Assembly (NCBI GenBank): GCA_021848065.1 | Contig: JAJZNA010000009.1 | Span: 3,271-67,270, forward strand | Direction: 5' to 3' | DNA from: Candidatus Micrarchaeota archaeon | Lineage (GTDB): Archaea > Micrarchaeota > Micrarchaeia > Micrarchaeales > CABMGC01 | DNA: 64,000 nucleotides | Part shown: one piece after another, positions 55,248-61,959 of the stretch | Numbering within the stretch: position 1 is the stretch's first letter | Layout of the letters: the number at the start of each line of letters is the position of its first letter | Notes under the pieces: model-generated | What the model was told of the DNA's origin: nothing | The model's database searches: none | What the model saw: only the letters and a program-made list of their open reading frames with translations | Position numbers and translations under genes: made by a program

Positions 55248-56450
55248 CTACCCACGGCTAAAGCCTGTGGGCTTTCCATCAAGATGATTTGAATGTTGCA
55301 CAGCAACCAACAAACCACTTTCATCGGACATCTGTCTAAGGTCGTTTACAAGACCTTCCCTATTGGAAATCTGGAAGGGTTTATGGTTAGTAGAATCCTT
55401 CCGCTCCAAAAGGCATTTCAATGCAATATTCTTGCTTGCATTTCTGTCGGAGTTCACGACAACTCCGCATTCCTTGCATTCAAAGAGGGCATAATTATTG
55501 CTACTGTGTCCCTTACCAACAGCACCGCAGTGGTTACAGAACTTGGAGGTATGCCACGAATCAACGATATTCAGCGTAATCTTCTTATCAAAACAACGAG
55601 AAGTAAGAATCTCCCGAAACTTCCTGAATGGCATCCTCATGACTTCCTTGTTGAATCTTCTGCCCTTCAGTTTGAATCTCTTGAGGTTCTCAATGGAAAT
55701 ATCTGCATTATATTCTCCTGCAAGGTCAAGAATCCCCTTAACCATCTGCCCTATATTAGTATCAACGAAGTCATATTCACGAGTCTTCAATCTTCGGAGG
55801 GCAGAGAGATTATTGAAACCCTGCATTACGGAGCGTCTTCGCATAATTCCCTTCCTCTTCATCCAGATATGCAATCCAAAGTAATCCTGATGCAGAACCT
55901 TGCCTTTATCGGAAAGGACGGAAACGGCGATGCGCTTCGCATTGAAATCAATCCCCATAACATTTCTTTTGGCAGGCAATTCAACCTCATCTTTGGAAAG
56001 ATATGCGACAATCTGGAGGTTAGGGGTCAGCCCATAGGTCTTGCACGTCCATCCACTCTTCAGAAGGTCGGAGTATCTCTGGAAGTTGCGGTTCTTGATA
56101 AAGGGTATTGCAATCCTGTTTCTCGGATATATTCCGAGTTCAATGAAGTCGAAAGATTTAGTGGAGAAGGCTTTACAGTTTCGAGGAATGTTGAACTTGA
56201 CGGTTATGCCTTTGGACTGGTTCTTGCTTCTCCAGACTGCACGTTCCAGAGAAGCATAAACTTGAACATTGAATCCTGTTCTTATTTTGGATTCGGCAAA
56301 CGTCTTCCTATGAAAATCCATGAAGGTATTGCAAAAATCCCTGTCTTCCCAGAGTTTATTGAACTCGGAAGTGGCTTTCAAAGAGAACTCTTCCAAGAAC
56401 CTTCTCTTTCTGGTAGTTGCATCAATCTGCAAAAGAACAGCACGTTTCAT
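55248..56450 (-). CDS. tnpB: TnpB (IS605 OrfB-type RNA-guided endonuclease)
   Basis: RuvC-I GIDFN, RuvC-II ISIENL, zinc finger CNHCG...CKECG, RuvC-III NSDRNASKNIA. The ATG at 56450 (MKRAVLLQ) is preferred; the ORF extends to TTG 56504. The C-terminal GKPTGFSRG is read through the end hairpin. Confidence 0.85.
   Translation of the reverse strand: MKRAVLLQIDATTRKRRFLEEFSLKATSEFNKLWEDRDFCNTFMDFHRKTFAESKIRTGFNVQVYASLERAVWRSKNQSKGITVKFNIPRNCKAFSTKSFDFIELGIYPRNRIAIPFIKNRNFQRYSDLLKSGWTCKTYGLTPNLQIVAYLSKDEVELPAKRNVMGIDFNAKRIAVSVLSDKGKVLHQDYFGLHIWMKRKGIMRRRSVMQGFNNLSALRRLKTREYDFVDTNIGQMVKGILDLAGEYNADISIENLKRFKLKGRRFNKEVMRMPFRKFREILTSRCFDKKITLNIVDSWHTSKFCNHCGAVGKGHSSNNYALFECKECGVVVNSDRNASKNIALKCLLERKDSTNHKPFQISNREGLVNDLRQMSDESGLLVAVQHSNHLDGKPTGFSRG
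55251..55271 (+). repeat. tnpB-element end hairpin (3' side of tnpB; candidate RE / omega-RNA scaffold end)
   Basis: CCCACGGC-TAAA-GCC(T)GTGGG. Confidence 0.6.
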
Positions 56451-56509
56451 CCTACTAACCAAATAAATATGGATAACGATGTATATGATGCTTATGCTCG
56501 ACAATTCCC

Positions 56510-56530
56510 CCCGCCCGTGAACGGTGTGGG
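56510..56530 (+). repeat. tnpB-element end hairpin (5' side of tnpB; candidate LE)
   Basis: CCCGCCCG-TGAA-CGG(T)GTGGG. Confidence 0.6.
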
Positions 56531-56557
56531 CTTCCTTGTCGAGATTAGGTGATTATT

Positions 56558-57760
56558 ATGAAGATCAACCGTGTTGCAGTGCTTGGAAACAAGGACCACG
56601 GCAAGTCAACGCTCATAGGAAACCTGATGATCTCCACAGGATCTACTTCTCAACAGCGCATAACTGATGCAAAAGAGGCCAGTGCCAGGTTTGGCCAGAG
56701 ATTCGAGCCTGCATTTATCCTCGATAGTTTCATGGAGGAGCGCAAAGGCGGATTCACCCTGGATTCAACGCGCGTGCAGATGGTGCATGGCGGCCGTGCG
56801 TTCGAATTCATAGACCTTCCAGGCCACGAGGAGCTTATGAAGAACATGCTTAGCGGGGCTTCCAATGCCGAAAGTGCCCTAGTCCTAATATCCGCAGACC
56901 CTAAGGAAGGGATAAGCGAGCAGACAATGCGCCACGTGTTCCTGGCTTCCATGCTTGGGATGGGAAGCCTCACATTCGCAGTTAACAAAATGGATGCCGC
57001 TGGATACAGCCAGCAGGCCTTCGAAGAGATAAAAGCAAGAATGTCATCATTCATTTCAGGAATAGGCTTCTCAGGCAGATCTGCCTTTGTGCCCATATCT
57101 GCATATGCTTCTGAGAATCTAATCGGGCTTTCCAGAAACATGCCGTGGTACTCCGGGCAGAGCCTTATGCAGACGCTTGCCTATGGCTCAAGATCACAAG
57201 TACGGAACCGGAAAGATCCTCTTAGGCTTTCCATACAGGGCACGCTTGATGGCGATCTTATCATCGGCAAGATGCTTTCGGGCAGCCTGAGGCAGGGGCA
57301 GTCGGTTGTTTCCATGCCCCAGAGCGTAAAAGGAAAAGTGTCCAAGCTTTATGTGGGGAATAAGCCTGCAAAGAGTGCAATTGCCGGGCAAAACGTTGCC
57401 ATTCGTACAGATATGAAAGCCAATCCACCCATACCCGGATCCGTTGTTTATGGGGCCAAATCCGCACCTAGCTTTGGGGACAGTTTCAGTGCCATGGTGT
57501 TCGCCACTTCAAGACTGGGAAACGATGTTGAAATGCGAGTAAACGGAACTTCAGTTCCATGCCGCATGCAGGTAGGGCACTATCTGTATCCTCTCAATGT
57601 ACGGCCCCGTTCTGGTGGCGTAAAGCCACTATGCGCTGCCAGAGTAACCATAACGCCATCCAGGCCAATTGTGGCAGAGCCATTCAGGAAATCCAGGGAG
57701 CTTGGAAGATTCTCCATATACTACCACGACAGATTCGCTGGCATAGGCATAATGCTTTAA
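56558..57760 (+). CDS. cysN: Sulfate adenylyltransferase subunit 1-like GTPase (CysN / EF-1alpha family)
   Basis: G1 GNKDHGKSTLIGNLM, G3 DLPGHEELMKNM, G4 NKMD, beta-barrel domains II/III. Genomic partner of cysD. Start at ATG 56558, after the SD-like aggtga. Confidence 0.7.
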   Translation: MKINRVAVLGNKDHGKSTLIGNLMISTGSTSQQRITDAKEASARFGQRFEPAFILDSFMEERKGGFTLDSTRVQMVHGGRAFEFIDLPGHEELMKNMLSGASNAESALVLISADPKEGISEQTMRHVFLASMLGMGSLTFAVNKMDAAGYSQQAFEEIKARMSSFISGIGFSGRSAFVPISAYASENLIGLSRNMPWYSGQSLMQTLAYGSRSQVRNRKDPLRLSIQGTLDGDLIIGKMLSGSLRQGQSVVSMPQSVKGKVSKLYVGNKPAKSAIAGQNVAIRTDMKANPPIPGSVVYGAKSAPSFGDSFSAMVFATSRLGNDVEMRVNGTSVPCRMQVGHYLYPLNVRPRSGGVKPLCAARVTITPSRPIVAEPFRKSRELGRFSIYYHDRFAGIGIML

Positions 57761-57792
57761 ACTTGCTCACCTCAATATATCATGTTGTTTCT

Positions 57793-58971
57793 ATGAAGAT
57801 AGTGGTGCTAGGCGCTGACGGATATCTGGGATGGCCCCTCTCACTGAGGCTGATGGCAAGAGGCCATGACGTGGTGGGTGTTGACAACTTCGCCACAAGG
57901 AAGGCCGTGAAGGAAGTAGGTTCTGATTCAGCCATCCCCATACTTAGCATGCCTGACCGCATAAAGGCCGCGAAAGAGATCCACGGCTTCAAGATGAAGT
58001 TCCACGAAGGGGACGTTACAAAATACGAGCTTCTTCACAAGGTCCTAAAGGAAGAAAAGCCTGACGCAGTGGTCCATTTCGCAGAGCAGCGCTCAGCGCC
58101 ATACTCAATGATTGACGTAAAGCATGCAGCCTATACTCTATCAAACAACATAGTAGGTTCTGTCAACCTGATTTATGCCATAATGGCGGTAGATCCAAAT
58201 ATTGCAAGCGTGAAGATGGGCACGATGGGTGAGTTCGGGACGCCCAACTTCGACATACCCGAATCTGCGTTCGTGGATGTGGAGATAAACGGAAGGAAGG
58301 ACCGCATAACAACCCCAAAGTTTGCCGGTTCATGGTATCATTGGACAAAGGTGCACGACACCAACAACCTTCTCTTCGCCAACAAGGTGTGGGGAATAAC
58401 TGCGACAGACATAATGCAGGGGCCCGTATACGGCACCAGGACAAAGGAGATAACGGACGAGAGGCTTCACACAAGATTCGACTTCGACCAGGCGTGGGGC
58501 ACGGTGGTGAACCGTTTCTGCGTGGAGAGCGTACTTGGCATGCCTCTAACGGCGTATGGGAAGGGGGGCCAGATAAGGGGATACCTATCCCTAGAGGACA
58601 GCGTAACGGCACTGTCCTTGCTGATCGAGAATCCCCCTAAGAAAGGTGAGTACCGCGTTGCAAACCAGTTCGTGGAGCTTTTGAGCGTCAACAATATCGC
58701 ATCACTTGTGCAGAAGACTGCAAAAGGGCTTGGCATAAATGTTGAAATATCTCACGTTGACAATCCAAGGGTAGAGGCGGATACGCACTACTACAATCCT
58801 GAAATCAAAGTCCTTCCATCACTGGGATTCCACCCGAGCCTGAAGATGGCAGATATACTCGGCCAGGTGATAGGTGACCTTATGCGCTACAAATCCAGGA
58901 TGGAAAAGTTCAAGGGCAGCATAATGCCGCAGACTAGGTGGAGGGATCATCCAAGCGCTGACACCAGTTGA
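57793..58971 (+). CDS. sqdB: UDP-sulfoquinovose synthase (SQD1/SqdB/Agl3 family SDR)
   Basis: MKIVVLGADGYLGWPLSLRL Rossmann start. Blocks VVHFAEQRSAPYSM, GEFGTPN, GSWYHWTKVHD, QGPVYGT, RFDFDQAWGTVVNRF are collinear with SQD1-type enzymes. Start at ATG 57793, not 57559. Confidence 0.8.
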   Translation: MKIVVLGADGYLGWPLSLRLMARGHDVVGVDNFATRKAVKEVGSDSAIPILSMPDRIKAAKEIHGFKMKFHEGDVTKYELLHKVLKEEKPDAVVHFAEQRSAPYSMIDVKHAAYTLSNNIVGSVNLIYAIMAVDPNIASVKMGTMGEFGTPNFDIPESAFVDVEINGRKDRITTPKFAGSWYHWTKVHDTNNLLFANKVWGITATDIMQGPVYGTRTKEITDERLHTRFDFDQAWGTVVNRFCVESVLGMPLTAYGKGGQIRGYLSLEDSVTALSLLIENPPKKGEYRVANQFVELLSVNNIASLVQKTAKGLGINVEISHVDNPRVEADTHYYNPEIKVLPSLGFHPSLKMADILGQVIGDLMRYKSRMEKFKGSIMPQTRWRDHPSADTS

Positions 58972-59115
58972 CCATTTGCATTATAGCCAACAGCAAAATA
59001 ATATGTCAAACTGCCTGGGCACCTACGCAAACAAGTTGTCCCATTACTGAAAATGTTTTTGTATACGACGATAGTAAAAGCCCGCACGTTCCCAACGTGA
59101 ATTAAGTCCGAGTAC

Positions 59116-59460
59116 TCATCTATTGCTTGATAATTGTCTGACTAATTTAGTGTGTTGCTCTATTGACTGCTTTAGTAGAGCATCATAAAAATGTATTAAC
59201 TCATTTACCAAATGATTTTCTGTATTAAGCCTGAACATGTCCTGCTTCCCTATTCTTCTAGTTTTTACTATTATCTCATTTGCGAGCAGTTGTGACCAGA
59301 TGGTGTTCAATGTGTTATATGATATTTCTGAGTTATCTGCCAATTCCTTCTTAGAATAATCAAACTCCCTAGAAGTAAGTAAGAAATCTAGGACCTTAGA
59401 TAATGGGGAATTACCTACGAGCCTTATGAATGTGCTTTCTTCTGCCACTGCTATCAGCAC
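59116..59460 (-). CDS. Winged-helix transcriptional regulator (small archaeal type)
   Basis: SKVLDFLLTSREFDYSKKELADNSEISYNTLNTIWSQLLANEIIVKTRRIGKQDMFRL is a wHTH pattern. The gene is AT-rich. Confidence 0.55.
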   Translation of the reverse strand: MLIAVAEESTFIRLVGNSPLSKVLDFLLTSREFDYSKKELADNSEISYNTLNTIWSQLLANEIIVKTRRIGKQDMFRLNTENHLVNELIHFYDALLKQSIEQHTKLVRQLSSNR

Positions 59461-59522
59461 TTACTAGTTAAGTGCCCAACATATATAAATATTTGCATTA
59501 TATAGCATATAACTGTGAAACA

Positions 59523-59792
59523 ATGAAACTTTCACATGAACAGCATCTTAAGATAAAAACAGTTATTCTGAGGAAGCTGGTTATTCACAATATTTGGGGT
59601 GCAAAACACACTAATTATGAATTTGTCCAAAAGGGATTGCCAAAGGACCTAAGAGGAAGCGCCAAGGATGTAGCAGATGACCTTATTAAAAATGGAATAT
59701 TGCTTTCACATCCAACTGGCTATGGTATGCAGATATCACTAAATCCAGACATGGCTAATGAGATCAAGGCAGTGCTAGGGATTGAGAACTAA
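59523..59792 (+). CDS. Hypothetical small protein
   Basis: 89-aa ORF from ATG 59523 (MKLSHEQ), divergent from the wHTH gene. Confidence 0.4.
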   Translation: MKLSHEQHLKIKTVILRKLVIHNIWGAKHTNYEFVQKGLPKDLRGSAKDVADDLIKNGILLSHPTGYGMQISLNPDMANEIKAVLGIEN

Positions 59793-59850
59793 GGCATATC
59801 CTGTGATAAACTCTGATGATGGACTCCACAACTAGGTCAAAACCCTCTTT

Positions 59851-60618
59851 TCAGAGGTTGTCAAAAGAGTAGTTCAGTGCGTTATGGTAGCTCTCAGTGT
59901 CTCCTACATTGAGCCATTTCTCTTTCTCCAGCAATATGCCGTACACCTTCCCTCCAGACCCTATTATGCCCTGTATTCCGTCGGTAAGCTGCAGCTCTCC
60001 CACCGGGTTTATCCTCTTAAGGCTTTCGAATATCTTGCTGGAGAATATGTAAACTGCAGATATCGCCATGTTTGACTTCGGCTTCTCTGGTTTTTCTTCA
60101 ACTCCCAAGATCCTGAATGCTTTGTGCCCCATGTATTGCTCTTCGGAGCCTACCTCTGCAACTCCATACCTCTTCTTCGGGTTTTCGAATTTCCTCAGAA
60201 GCAGAACTGCATCTGCGCCTTTTTCCGAGAACAGGTCCAAGGCCTCGGCATAGCCTCCCGTAAGCACACCGTCGTCAGCATGCACTACTATGGCGTCGCT
60301 TCCGGCAAAATCCTCCCCTCTGAGCACTGCATCTCCGAATCCAAGTGGCTTGTTCTGAAACACGAACGTGACTCCCCTCTCAAACATGTAGTCCATCAGA
60401 AGCGACCTGTGTTTTCCCACTACAAAACAGAACTTCTTGACGCCAGTGGCTACTAGCGCGTCCATTATAAGGTCAGCTACCGGAACTGCTATCCTTTTGC
60501 CATCCTCCGTCTTGAAAAGCGGAAGGAGGCCTTTAGGCACCACATAAGTGACACGGCGCATCCTGCTGCCTTCTCCTGCTGAGGTTATTATGCATTTTGG
60601 GACAATGTTTTTTGGCAT
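59851..60618 (-). CDS. Sugar-1-phosphate nucleotidyltransferase (glucose-1-phosphate uridylyl/thymidylyltransferase-like)
   Basis: N-terminal SAGEGSRMR...PKGLLPL signature and the GFGDAV motif. Confidence 0.75.
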   Translation of the reverse strand: MPKNIVPKCIITSAGEGSRMRRVTYVVPKGLLPLFKTEDGKRIAVPVADLIMDALVATGVKKFCFVVGKHRSLLMDYMFERGVTFVFQNKPLGFGDAVLRGEDFAGSDAIVVHADDGVLTGGYAEALDLFSEKGADAVLLLRKFENPKKRYGVAEVGSEEQYMGHKAFRILGVEEKPEKPKSNMAISAVYIFSSKIFESLKRINPVGELQLTDGIQGIIGSGGKVYGILLEKEKWLNVGDTESYHNALNYSFDNL

Positions 60619-60741
60619 AAACGACCATACTAGTTAGATAGATAGAGAACTTAAAATTTAAAAGGTCTTCACTTCCTCAACCCGACTCTATAAATAAGTT
60701 AAGAACTTGACATCTACATACGACTACTTTGTTAGCGCGAG

Positions 60742-61866
60742 GTGGCGAAGTCAAGACTAAAATATTTATGCGTCTATGTTAAAAGCATAGTCGTGGGCAA
60801 CTTGAAAAAATCCATGAATGCTGGTTTATTTGTAATATTTGCATCACTTGTTATACTATCTTTGATTGGCATACTGTCAGTTCTGTCCAACGGCCCGGCT
60901 TCGTCACCTACAGCTACAATATTCAACGCCCCAACGCACCAAATATTTGTTACAAACTGGGCATCAGATTCTGTTTCTGTGATAAATGCTAGCAACTACT
61001 CAACAGTTAAAACTATCACAGGTTTTAAAAAACCACTATCAATAGCTCCACTCCAAGGTAAGGGTGAAATATTTGTAGCTAACTCTGGGAGCAATACTAT
61101 CTCTGTAATAAGCACTACTACTGACACAATAAGTTTTAACATAACTGTAGGTCAAAATCCTGTAAGTATGGCATTTACCCCAGATAGCAAACTTGCATAC
61201 GTCACAAATTCGAATAACACCGGCAACATAAGTACTATTTCTGTAATAAATACAACTACCTACAATGTGGTCAATACCATAAGGCTTCAGGGTGGTAGTG
61301 CTGGGGGGATAGCAATTTCGCCAGATGGCTTGCAAGCGTTTGTGGCAATTGTTGGAAGCAAGTATATTGCAATAATAAACACATCAAATAGCGGTGTGAA
61401 CTATCTATATCTTGGTGAAAAAGCACACACTCCTTGCGATGCCTATGCGTCACCAAACAGCGCATACATTTTCATCGGTTCTTGCAATGCCAATGGTGTG
61501 TATATAATAAATACCATCACTGATACGCTGATTGGAAACATTACTAATATAGGTGGCGGTTCTGACCCCTACGGATCCGAAATTACAGTTTCTCCGGATG
61601 GCAGCAAATTGCTTATCTCTAATGTAAGTTCAATAAGCAATAGCCCATCTGGCACAGTATCTGTTATTGATACGTCTAATTATTCTATTTATAAAATAAT
61701 AAACAATATTGGATCTCCGTACGCACTAGAATTCTCACCAAATGGTTCTAGGATATTCATAACTGATTATGAGACCGCTTCGCTATATGTATTGAATGCC
61801 ACTACTTACTCTGATATAAAAAGAATACACGTAGGGCTTCTTCCAAGCGGCGTTGCTATGACTTAA
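60742..61866 (+). CDS. Signal-anchored YVTN-family beta-propeller repeat protein
   Basis: N-terminal TM GLFVIFASLVILSLIGILSVL, then about 7 repeats of the ~40-aa YVTN pattern (FVTNWASDSVSVIN, VANSGSNTISVIS, YVTNSNN..ISVIN, ...). Alternative start at ATG 60814. Confidence 0.75.
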   Translation: MAKSRLKYLCVYVKSIVVGNLKKSMNAGLFVIFASLVILSLIGILSVLSNGPASSPTATIFNAPTHQIFVTNWASDSVSVINASNYSTVKTITGFKKPLSIAPLQGKGEIFVANSGSNTISVISTTTDTISFNITVGQNPVSMAFTPDSKLAYVTNSNNTGNISTISVINTTTYNVVNTIRLQGGSAGGIAISPDGLQAFVAIVGSKYIAIINTSNSGVNYLYLGEKAHTPCDAYASPNSAYIFIGSCNANGVYIINTITDTLIGNITNIGGGSDPYGSEITVSPDGSKLLISNVSSISNSPSGTVSVIDTSNYSIYKIINNIGSPYALEFSPNGSRIFITDYETASLYVLNATTYSDIKRIHVGLLPSGVAMT

Positions 61867-61959
61867 AATATCGCAGCTAATTCTGCAACATCTATGGGTG
61901 CATATTTGCGCACGAGCACAGGTTATATTAAATAGCACCACCAAAAATGTTTGGGTCAA

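Larger units (their letters stand above)
55247..56557 (-). mobile_element. IS200/IS605-family element carrying tnpB only (no tnpA)
   Basis: It fills the whole gap between the cysD stop (55246) and the cysN start (56558). Related bulged hairpins lie in the same orientation near both ends (55251-55271, 56510-56530). Exact termini not determined. Confidence 0.65.

Noticed and set aside
57559-57792. Long-ORF start of the sulfoquinovose synthase gene that overlaps the cysN 3' end.
   Set aside because: The Rossmann fold begins at MKIVVLGADGYLG (ATG 57793). The upstream 78 codons are an out-of-frame read of cysN.
60742-60813. Whether the YVTN protein starts at GTG 60742 or ATG 60814.
   Set aside because: This cannot be resolved from sequence alone. 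I kept the long form in the feature table, but the first 24 residues may be untranslated.
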